From Kineococcus radiotolerans SRS30216 = ATCC BAA-149 (lineage in GTDB: Bacteria; Actinomycetota; Actinomycetes; Actinomycetales; Kineococcaceae), in contig NC_009664.2 of the NCBI RefSeq assembly GCF_000017305.1, positions 2,460,001 through 2,492,000 on the forward strand: 32,000 nucleotides of DNA, given 5' to 3'. Below are positions 17,959 through 25,410 of this stretch, one piece after another. The position numbers and the translations under genes are program-made. Position 1 is the stretch's first letter; every line of letters begins with the position of its first letter. The notes under the pieces were generated by a model that saw only the letters and a program-made list of their open reading frames with translations, was not told the DNA's origin and did not search any database.

Positions 17959-18543
17959 CTACCCCTGTCGCCCGACGGCGCTGGGCTCACCGCCAGACGA
18001 GACGGTCGGTCCGACATGGCCGCGACGTCGTCGCAGCAAGGCCAGCACGAGTACGGCCGCCGCGGTCATCCACGCCTTGCCCACAAGTTGGCCAGGCAGG
18101 AACGCCAGAGAGTTGAAAGCGAGCCAGAGGAAGATCAGAGAGTCCACTATAAAGCCAGCGATGTTGCTGAGGACGACTGCGGTCAGCCAGCGCCGCTTGC
18201 GCAGTGGGGTGTAGACGGCGAAGTCAGCTAGTTCGCTGAGGAGGAAGGCGGCGGCGCTGGCTAGGGCGAACTGCGGGGAGATCAGCGCTGAGAGCAGGGT
18301 GCCGATGACGATGGCGGCTAGCACCGCGCGCTTGCCGAGGTGGTCCTGGGTCAGGTCGCGCAGCGTGAAGGCCAGGCCGGCGAAGTACACCCCTGCTGGT
18401 GCGACCAGGCCGAAGCCGACGGGCACGGCGCCGAAGGTGGTGATGGCGTAGTTGGCGAGCAGCACGGTCGCCACGTAGCACGCCGCCAGCACCAGGCCCA
18501 CCCGCCGACTCGTGCGCGGCGCGGCCAGATCAGAGGTGCTCAT
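17959..18543 (-). CDS. VUT-family (YhhQ/DUF165-like) queuosine-precursor transporter
   Basis: Polytopic membrane protein with the family pattern [11 protein letters not shown]...[36 protein letters not shown] 18543 is preferred because GAGGAG lies 6-11 nt upstream on the minus strand. It overlaps the queD 3' end by 14 nt. Confidence 0.75.
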   Translation of the reverse strand: MSTSDLAAPRTSRRVGLVLAACYVATVLLANYAITTFGAVPVGFGLVAPAGVYFAGLAFTLRDLTQDHLGKRAVLAAIVIGTLLSALISPQFALASAAAFLLSELADFAVYTPLRKRRWLTAVVLSNIAGFIVDSLIFLWLAFNSLAFLPGQLVGKAWMTAAAVLVLALLRRRRGHVGPTVSSGGEPSAVGRQG

Positions 18544-18901
18544 CGGTTTCTCCTCGGTAGGTGGCACCAGAGGTGCAGGTCTCGCGGACGGTCACGGCAC
18601 TGAGCAGGGCCAAGGTGGGGGAGAGTTGCTGCCACATCCAGCGCGCGAGGACTTCGCTGGTGGGGTTGTCCAGCCCTTCGACCTCGTTGAGGTAGTAGTG
18701 GTCCAGACGCTCGATGACCGGGGCGACGAGCTTCTTCAGGTCGCCAAAGTCCATCACCCAGCCCAGGAGTGGGTCGGGTAGGCCGTTCACGTGCACGCTG
18801 ACTCGGTAGGAGTGCCCGTGCAGGCGCGCGCACTTGTGCCCTGCGGGAACGTGCGGCAGGCGGTGCGCGGCTTCGAAGGTGAATTCGCGGAAGATCTCCA
18901 T
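18530..18901 (-). CDS. queD: 6-carboxy-5,6,7,8-tetrahydropterin synthase
   Basis: [34 protein letters not shown]... carries the QueD/PTPS His/Cys motif set. ATG at 18901 overlaps the queE stop (TGATG). The ORF-track start at 18946 would lie inside queE. Confidence 0.9.
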   Translation of the reverse strand: MEIFREFTFEAAHRLPHVPAGHKCARLHGHSYRVSVHVNGLPDPLLGWVMDFGDLKKLVAPVIERLDHYYLNEVEGLDNPTSEVLARWMWQQLSPTLALLSAVTVRETCTSGATYRGETDEHL

Positions 18902-19620
18902 CAGGCGATCCCGAGGTACTTGTGGGTCTGCATCGATAGGCTCCACTGCGGATGGGTCAGGCAGTAGTCGATCGCGGCGCGGGTGTGGGCTTGCACGTCG
19001 GGTCCATCCATCGGCTGCAGGCGGAAGGAGGTGAAGTCCAGTTCGGCGAACTGCGCTGGATCTCCGCCGGCTTGCGGGTAGACGAGCTTCAGTTCGTCTC
19101 CCCTGCTCACCACCAGGTCTGCACCAATCTTGGGGCTAACGCAGAGCCAGTCGATGCCTGGTGGGGGAGTGCGGGTGCCGTTGGTCTCCACCGCCACCTC
19201 GAAGCCGCGCTGGTGCAGTGCCTGCACCGCCGCGTCGTCGAGTTGCAGCAACGGCTCCCCGCCGGTGCATACCACGAACTTGCGCTGGGCGCCGTGAGGG
19301 GCGTGGGAGTGTGCGCTGGAGTCGGACTCTGCAGTGATGGCGGAGCCATCGGTGAAGTCATCGGTGAGGCCAGCTGCTGGCCAACTCGCGTCCACGGCGG
19401 CGGCGAGGTCGTCGGCGGTAGCGAAGCGTCCTCCACCGACGCCGTCGGTACCGACGAAGTCGGTGTCGCAGAAGGTGCAGATCGCGCGGGCGCGATCTTT
19501 CTCTCGACCGGTCCACAGGTTGCAGCGCGAGAAGCGGCAGAAGACGGCGGGGCGGCCGGCGTGGGTGCCTTCACCTTGCAGCGTGTAGAAAATCTCCTTG
19601 AGCAGGTAGGTCACCGTCAC
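18901..19620 (-). CDS. queE: 7-carboxy-7-deazaguanine synthase (radical SAM)
   Basis: [49 protein letters not shown]. The cluster motif is C-x14-C-x2-C (nt 19468-19524), the variant known from Burkholderia QueE. GTG 19620 overlaps the queC stop as GTGA. The upstream extension to 19704 lies inside queC. Confidence 0.9.
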   Translation of the reverse strand: MTVTYLLKEIFYTLQGEGTHAGRPAVFCRFSRCNLWTGREKDRARAICTFCDTDFVGTDGVGGGRFATADDLAAAVDASWPAAGLTDDFTDGSAITAESDSSAHSHAPHGAQRKFVVCTGGEPLLQLDDAAVQALHQRGFEVAVETNGTRTPPPGIDWLCVSPKIGADLVVSRGDELKLVYPQAGGDPAQFAELDFTSFRLQPMDGPDVQAHTRAAIDYCLTHPQWSLSMQTHKYLGIA

Positions 19621-20306
19621 GCTCCGCGGTAGGGCAGGGGGTCGGTGCTGCCTGCCTCGGCGAAGCCGTTCAAGCGCAGGAGGCAGGAGTCGCAGTGCCC
19701 GCACGGGTGTCCGGCCGCGTCCGGGTCGTAGCAGGAGGAGGTCATGCCGTAGTCCACGCCCAGGGCCAAGCCCGCTCGCACGATGTCGGCCTTGGTCATC
19801 TGCATCAGGGGGGCGTGGATGGTCAGTTCGGTGCCCTGCACGCCAGCGCGGGTGGCCAGGCGTCCCATGGCTTGGAAGGCGTCGACGTACTCGGGGCGGC
19901 AGTCCGGGTAGCCGCTGTAGTCCAGGGCGTTGACGCCGATGAAGATGTCGCCGGCGCCGACGACCTCGGCGTAGGCCAAGGCGTAGGACAAGAAGATCGT
20001 GTTGCGGGCCGGCACGTAGGTGATCGGGATGTCGGCCTGCAGGTCCTCGACCGTGTCGTGCTTGGGCACCGCGATGTCCGCGGTGAGGGCTGAGCCGCCG
20101 AAGACGGTGAGGTCGATGGTGGCGATGACGTGCCCGGCCGCGCCCAGGGCCGTGGCGACGCGGCGGGCAGCGTCCAACTCCACGGCGTGGCGCTGGCCAT
20201 AGGCGAAGCTCAGGGCGTAGGGGGTGAAGCCTTGGGACTTAGCGATGGCGAGGACGGTGGTGGAGTCCAGGCCTCCGCTGAGCAAGACGACGGCGGGTCG
20301 GTCCAT
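19617..20306 (-). CDS. queC: 7-cyano-7-deazaguanine (preQ0) synthase
   Basis: PP-loop [23 protein letters not shown], and the C-terminal zinc motif CYDP...[19 protein letters not shown] lies upstream of the ATG. Confidence 0.95.
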   Translation of the reverse strand: MDRPAVVLLSGGLDSTTVLAIAKSQGFTPYALSFAYGQRHAVELDAARRVATALGAAGHVIATIDLTVFGGSALTADIAVPKHDTVEDLQADIPITYVPARNTIFLSYALAYAEVVGAGDIFIGVNALDYSGYPDCRPEYVDAFQAMGRLATRAGVQGTELTIHAPLMQMTKADIVRAGLALGVDYGMTSSCYDPDAAGHPCGHCDSCLLRLNGFAEAGSTDPLPYRGA

Positions 20307-20464
20307 GGGGCATCCCTCAAGTGATCGTTAACTGCGCTGGCGGCATGTCGGTGTGACTTGCCGGTGTGATGTGCAGGTGCGCGAGCACCACCGTAGACCA
20401 GTAACTGCAGATCCAGCCAGCGACACGTAGCCTGTAGTATCGAAGTGCTCAAAGGAGGCGCAGC
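20307..20464. promoter_or_regulatory. Divergent promoter/control region between queC (-) and the modification operon (+)
   Basis: 158-bp gap. Candidate actinobacterial -10 TAGTAT (20435-20440) and RBS AAGGAGG (20452-20458) for the + operon. Direct repeat TG(T/C)CGGTGTGA at 20346-20356 and 20359-20369, 13 bp apart. No transcription start can be proven from sequence. Confidence 0.35.
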
Positions 20465-21583
20465 GTGCGTAAACTGACCGTGGTGGTGACCTGCAGCGAC
20501 CGCAAGTCGCAACCGGTCGCTCCTGACCTCCGCCTGCGCGACGTCCCCGAGGAGCACCCCGAGTCCCGTGCCCACGCCTGGGACGGGCGACTGCGCCGGG
20601 CCGCGCAGCACCACCCGGGCTCGCAGCGACCCCTGGCCACGCTCTACCAAGGTGATCACTGGGCGCAGGCGCAAACCCTGCCCGCTGCCGCCGCCCGCGT
20701 CGGCTTCCACGCCGACCTCTGGGTCGCCTCCGCCGGGCTGGGACTGCAGCCCATCACCGCACAGGCACCCGCCTACGCGGCCACCTTCGCCGCTCGCCAC
20801 CTCGACCGCGTCGCCGCCGACGCGTGCGGGCGGCAGCAGTGGTGGGCGGCTCTGCAAGCCCGCCGTGGCGCCAGCACCCTGGCCGACTTGGCCCGCGCCG
20901 GCTCACTGCTGATGATCTTCTCCGAGGACTACGGCCACGCCGTGCAGGAAGAACTGCACGCAGTCGCCCACGTCGGCGCTGACGCCCTGCTCATCGGCGG
21001 CGCCAGCGACATCGACGGTCTGCCACGCCTGGCCGCCGATCGACGCCTGCGGTCCCACCTGGGGGGCACCTTAACCAGCCTGAACGTGCGCACGGCGCTG
21101 GCGTGGCTGCAGCGACTGAGCCCCAGCACCACCACCAGCTCTGGCTCCGCCTTGGCCACCACGGCCGGACCCCTCGTTGGTGGGCCCACGTTGACCTCGA
21201 CCGCTGCCTGGCGGCGTTGGCGGCGCTGGAGCACCGCGCACGCGCACGAAGAGGTCTACGACCGACGTCCCTTGAGCGACGAGCAGGTACGCGCCTACAT
21301 CGGCACCCGGCACGCGCTCATGGCCCGCCCCAGCCGCACCACACTGCTACGAGCCCTCCGTGAGGACGGCTACGCCTGCGAGCAGTCCCGCTTCGGCCAC
21401 CTCTACACCCAGGTCCTGCAGCACCTGGCTGAGCAAGACGCTCACCACGACGCTGAGCAGGACGTCGGCTTGGACATCGCCGAGGCCAGTGGACACAGCA
21501 AGCGAGGCATCGTGCAGAGCACGCAGCGAGCACGGCACGGCCCCAGTCCAGGGCGCGATCAGGTAGCAGGGGGAGCAGCATGA
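20465..21583 (+). CDS. 372-aa protein of unknown function, first gene of the modification operon
   Basis: GTG lies 6 nt after AAGGAGG. ATGA overlap with the next gene. The N-terminal pattern VVVTCSDRKS...LYQGDHW...LWVASAGLGL...PAYAATF recalls the DUF6884-type pattern (CSxxK...LYxG...SAxxGL...Y), a weak recollection. Ser/Thr/Ala linker, then a C-terminal HTH-like segment (RPSRTTLLRALREDGYA). Confidence 0.6.
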   Translation: MRKLTVVVTCSDRKSQPVAPDLRLRDVPEEHPESRAHAWDGRLRRAAQHHPGSQRPLATLYQGDHWAQAQTLPAAAARVGFHADLWVASAGLGLQPITAQAPAYAATFAARHLDRVAADACGRQQWWAALQARRGASTLADLARAGSLLMIFSEDYGHAVQEELHAVAHVGADALLIGGASDIDGLPRLAADRRLRSHLGGTLTSLNVRTALAWLQRLSPSTTTSSGSALATTAGPLVGGPTLTSTAAWRRWRRWSTAHAHEEVYDRRPLSDEQVRAYIGTRHALMARPSRTTLLRALREDGYACEQSRFGHLYTQVLQHLAEQDAHHDAEQDVGLDIAEASGHSKRGIVQSTQRARHGPSPGRDQVAGGAA

Positions 21584-22713
21584 GCGAAGGCATCATCCGA
21601 CGACGGGCACTGCGCATCCTGCAACGCGAGGACGTGCCGCTGTACCTGTTCGCGCTCGCCGCCTCCGACGTCGCCCGCATCGCCGACGTCGCGCGCATCT
21701 CGCGCGACGACTTCGGCAAGCTCATCGGCTACCAGCGCCCGGAGAAGAAGCAGCACGTCAACCAGATCGTCGACTACCTCGACACCGACGGCGCGCTCTT
21801 CCCCAACGGCCTGATCCTGGCTCTGCCCACCAGCGTGCATTTCCGCTCCAGCCGCGGCCCCGGCGCCAGCGACGGCCTCGCCACCGCCGGGGAGTTGGAG
21901 ATCCCCTGCCCTGAAGAAGACGGCGCACCACGCCCGGCGTGGATCGTCGATGGCCAACAGCGCAGCCTGGCGCTCGCCCGCACCCGCAACACCTCCTTCC
22001 CCGTACCGGTCGCCGGCTTCGTCACCGAGAACCTCGACATGCAGCGTGAGCAGTTCCTGCGGGTGAATACCGTGCAGCCCCTGCCGACCAACCTAGTCAC
22101 CGAACTGCTGCCGGAGGTTCCGACCACCATCTCCCCGCGCATGTCCGCGCGCCGGCTGCCCTCGGCCTTGGTGGACATGCTCAACCAAGACCCCGAGTCT
22201 CCCTTCCGCGGCTTGATCCGCCGCGCCTCCACCGACGTGGACAAGAAGTCCGGCGCGGTCATCACCGACAACAGCCTGGTGCTTGCCATCGGTGAGTCCC
22301 TCAACTCCCCCCTCGGGGTGCTCTTCCCCTACCGCAACCTCGCCGACGGCACCACCGACACCGCAGGCATCCGCCAGTTGCTCATCACCTACTGGACCGC
22401 GGTACGCCGCCTCTTCCCCGATGCATGGGGCAAGCCACCCACGGAAAGTCGACTTATGCATGGCCTCGGCATCCGCGCCATGGGCCGACTGATGGACCGC
22501 ATCATGGTCAGCATCGACGCTGCTGCCCCCAGCGCAATTGACGACGTCATGACGGAGTTGTGGCGGGTGGCTCCGGTGTGTCGGTGGACGCACGGCACGT
22601 GGGAGGGACTGCGAGTGGACTGGAACGGACTGCAGAACAACCCTAAGGACATCAGCACCCTGTCCAACTACCTCGTGCGCGCGTATCTGCAGGCAAGGAC
22701 GAGCACCTCATGA
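21580..22713 (+). CDS. dpdB: DGQHR-domain (DndB/DpdB-like) protein, paralogue 1
   Basis: WIVDGQQRSLAL (DGQQRS at nt 21949-21966), GYQRPE, QFLRVNTVQPLPTNLVTELLP, C-terminal LQNNPKD..LSNYL. ATGA overlaps on both sides. Confidence 0.75.
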   Translation: MSEGIIRRRALRILQREDVPLYLFALAASDVARIADVARISRDDFGKLIGYQRPEKKQHVNQIVDYLDTDGALFPNGLILALPTSVHFRSSRGPGASDGLATAGELEIPCPEEDGAPRPAWIVDGQQRSLALARTRNTSFPVPVAGFVTENLDMQREQFLRVNTVQPLPTNLVTELLPEVPTTISPRMSARRLPSALVDMLNQDPESPFRGLIRRASTDVDKKSGAVITDNSLVLAIGESLNSPLGVLFPYRNLADGTTDTAGIRQLLITYWTAVRRLFPDAWGKPPTESRLMHGLGIRAMGRLMDRIMVSIDAAAPSAIDDVMTELWRVAPVCRWTHGTWEGLRVDWNGLQNNPKDISTLSNYLVRAYLQARTSTS

Positions 22714-24218
22714 AGTTCTACTTCCCCGACAGTCAAGACCTGATCAGCCCCACCTACGACTTTGACCGGGATGAGTACCACCCGTTGCGAGTGCGTCAGC
22801 GCGACGATCGCTACGCACACGAAGCACTTACCGCCCGCCCTTACGACGGCATCCTCGTCAGCAAGGGCATCGTCGACGGTTCCATCAGCGGAACCGGCAA
22901 GTACACCACCTCTCAACGCGCACGCCTGTACCGCCTGGGCGTGCGCGACTTCTTCCGACTCCCTGACGGGATCGAGACTCTTGGTGACAACGGCGCCTTC
23001 GCCTACGCCACCGAGGAAATCCCGCCCGTCACCGTGGAGCAGGTCCTCGACTTCTACGACGGCTGCGGCTTCGACGCCGGCGTCAGCCTGGACCACATCG
23101 TCTTCGGATACCAACCCGACGAAGTCGTGCAGGCGGCCGGCGGCATCTTAAACGACGAGCAGAACGCTTGGGAAACCAGACGCGAGCTCACCCTGAAATA
23201 CGCAGCGGAGTTCCTAGAAGCAATCCACGAACGCGGATCCACCCTGGTACCCGTCGGGGCAGCACAAGGGTGGAGTCCAAGCACCTACGCCAACAGCGTG
23301 CAACGTCTCCAAGATTTGGGCTACCAGCGCATCGCCCTCGGCGGCATGGTCCCGTTGAGAACGCCCGCTATCCTCGCGTGCCTCAACGCCATCGACGCCG
23401 TCCGCAAACCCGACACCCAACTGCATCTGCTGGGCATCACCCGTCTCGACGCCATGGAAGAGTTCGCCCGACTAGGCGTGTCTAGCCTGGACAGCACTTC
23501 CGGCTTCCGGCAGGCGTTCATGGACGAAAAAAATAACTACCACACCGCCAACGGCAATTACGCCGCTATCCGCGTGCCCCAGGTCGATGGAAACCTCAAA
23601 CTCAAGAAGGCCATCGTGGCTGGTCAGGTCTCCCAAGCCAGTGCCGTTCGTTTGGAACGCGAATGCTTGAGTGCCCTGCGTGCCTACGACGAGGGCGCCG
23701 CCAGTCTCGAAGAGGCTTTGGAGACCGTCTTGGCCTACGACGCGTTAGTGCGTCCGCCGGCCGACCGCGCGAAACAATCGTATGAGGAGATGTACCGCAC
23801 CACCCTCCAGGACCGCCCCTGGACGACGTGCTCATGCGGATTGTGCGAGCGACACGGCATTCAGTTGGTCATCTTTCGAGGCACCGAACGCAACAAGCGG
23901 CGCGGTTTTCACAACCTCGCTGTCCTGGCCGCCAAGATGCACACCCTGCGCCCCGCCAGAGTCAAGCCGACTGCGTCGCGGACCAGGGCAAAGGCGCAGA
24001 CAACATCAGGCGCGCCGATGCGCACGACGCAGGGGCGGACCACTGCGGCCACGGGGGGATTGGCGGCGGCCGACTCGACCGTAACGAAGGCCACGGCGAG
24101 GACCGCGAAGGTCACCGCGAAGAAGTCCACCGCAGTGGAAGTTCCTGCAAGGAAGACTGTCACCAAGAAGACGGCGGCGAAGACAACGACGAAGCGCACA
24201 AGGGGAACTGATGGCTGA
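22710..24218 (+). CDS. dpdA: DNA-guanine transglycosylase DpdA (TGT superfamily) with a ~90-aa basic C-terminal tail
   Basis: The N-terminus MKFYFPDSQDLISPTYDF is characteristic of DpdA. TIM-barrel core GDNGAFAY...ALGGMVPL...LHLLGI. Zinc motif CSCGLCERH (C-x-C-x2-C). Tail aa ~414-502 is rich in K/R/T/A (..AKVTAKKSTAVEVPARKTVTKKTAAKTTTKRTRG). Confidence 0.9.
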   Translation: MKFYFPDSQDLISPTYDFDRDEYHPLRVRQRDDRYAHEALTARPYDGILVSKGIVDGSISGTGKYTTSQRARLYRLGVRDFFRLPDGIETLGDNGAFAYATEEIPPVTVEQVLDFYDGCGFDAGVSLDHIVFGYQPDEVVQAAGGILNDEQNAWETRRELTLKYAAEFLEAIHERGSTLVPVGAAQGWSPSTYANSVQRLQDLGYQRIALGGMVPLRTPAILACLNAIDAVRKPDTQLHLLGITRLDAMEEFARLGVSSLDSTSGFRQAFMDEKNNYHTANGNYAAIRVPQVDGNLKLKKAIVAGQVSQASAVRLERECLSALRAYDEGAASLEEALETVLAYDALVRPPADRAKQSYEEMYRTTLQDRPWTTCSCGLCERHGIQLVIFRGTERNKRRGFHNLAVLAAKMHTLRPARVKPTASRTRAKAQTTSGAPMRTTQGRTTAATGGLAAADSTVTKATARTAKVTAKKSTAVEVPARKTVTKKTAAKTTTKRTRGTDG

Positions 24219-25329
24219 CCGGTACGAACTGCGACTGCCCGCCCTGCAGATCCGCCAGGGCGAGCGCTTCATCTACTGCTTTGCCGTCGACGGCAAAGTG
24301 CTGCCGTCGTTCACCGCCGTCTCGCGCGTGCACCGTAGCAACGCCGCACTGCACGGCTATCAACGCCCAGAAGTGCTTAGTCACATCAAGGCCATTCGTC
24401 GCTACCTCGAGTCCTCAGACGCGATGCTGCCCAACGCCATCGTCTTGGCCTTCAACGAGAGCGTGCGCTTCCAGCCGAGCAGGCGCAAAAACATTGTGGA
24501 CTACTCCACCATGGGCGAGTTGATCATCCCCATCGACGAAACGATCGATGAGGCGGACAAGGCCGCGTGGCTCGTTGACGGGCAACAGCGTAGTGCAGCA
24601 ATCCGCGACGCCAACGTCGATGAGTTCCCCGTCGCTGCAGTCGGCTTCATTACTCACGGTGAGGAGGAGCAGCGTTCACAGTTTATACTCGTCAACAACG
24701 CCAAGCCCCTACCCAAGGGACTGATCCACGAATTGCTGCCCGACACCGTTGGGCACCTGCCAGCGAAATACGCCAAACGTCAACTTCCGGCGTTGCTGAT
24801 GTCGCGCCTGAACAACGAAGACTTGTTCAGCTACAACGACGACGACAGTCCTTTTCAGGGTCGCATCGCCACCCCCACCGCCCCAGACGGCTACATCAAA
24901 GACAACAGCGTCTTGAAGATGATCGAAAGCAGCCTCAACGAGGGGGCCCTCTACCAGTACCGCAACCCCAGCGACCACTCCGGCGACGCCGACGCCATGC
25001 TGCTTCACCTGAAAATCTTCTGGAGCCTGGTCCGCGCGACCTTCCCCGAGGCCTGGAGCATGCCGCCGCGCAAGTCGCGCCTTACCCACGGCGTCGGCAT
25101 CCAAGCCATGGGCTTCGTCATGGACGCCCTGACCGAGAACACCCCCGCCGCCAAACTTCCTGACCTAGATCTGCACGAGCCGTTGCAGCGACTACGCGAG
25201 GCGTGCGCTTGGACCTCGGGCACATGGCAGTTCGGCAAGAGTGATCAGCGACACTGGAACAGCCTCCAAAATACCCCCAATGATGTGCGGTTGTTGACCA
25301 ACTACCTCCTGCGCGTCATCCGATCTTGA
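24211..25329 (+). CDS. dpdB: DGQHR-domain (DndB/DpdB-like) protein, paralogue 2
   Basis: WLVDGQQRSAAI (nt 24577-24594), GYQRPE, QFILVNNAKPLPKGLIHELLP, LQNTPNDVRLLTNYL. Collinear with paralogue 1 along its whole length. The start overlaps the dpdA stop by 8 nt. Confidence 0.75.
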   Translation: MADRYELRLPALQIRQGERFIYCFAVDGKVLPSFTAVSRVHRSNAALHGYQRPEVLSHIKAIRRYLESSDAMLPNAIVLAFNESVRFQPSRRKNIVDYSTMGELIIPIDETIDEADKAAWLVDGQQRSAAIRDANVDEFPVAAVGFITHGEEEQRSQFILVNNAKPLPKGLIHELLPDTVGHLPAKYAKRQLPALLMSRLNNEDLFSYNDDDSPFQGRIATPTAPDGYIKDNSVLKMIESSLNEGALYQYRNPSDHSGDADAMLLHLKIFWSLVRATFPEAWSMPPRKSRLTHGVGIQAMGFVMDALTENTPAAKLPDLDLHEPLQRLREACAWTSGTWQFGKSDQRHWNSLQNTPNDVRLLTNYLLRVIRS

Positions 25330-25410
25330 AACGGTGATGGGCCGTAGAACTATTGCCGAATTGAGTCTGCTATTTAGTCTTGAGCAGGTTGGCCCGGCAG
25401 TCGAGGCGGC

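Noticed and set aside
17911-17964. Inverted 8-mers GGGTAGTG / CACTACCC downstream of the transporter gene, considered as a que-operon terminator.
   Set aside because: The arms are separated by 38 nt and the right arm overlaps the stop codon. This is not a compact terminator structure.
20307-20464. Possible preQ1/preQ0 riboswitch in the queC leader.
   Set aside because: On the minus strand I could not find the small hairpin plus A-rich tail (..CCCUC..AAAAAACUA-like) of class I preQ1 riboswitches, nor any other recognisable aptamer. The leader may also be too short.
25366-25380. The 9-mer CTGCTATTT is shared by the AT-rich spacers at ~25369 and ~30598. I considered it as an att or operator repeat.
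   Set aside because: The match is only 9 nt, the flanks do not align convincingly, and both sites are simply low-GC intergenic DNA. This is insufficient to call a repeat.
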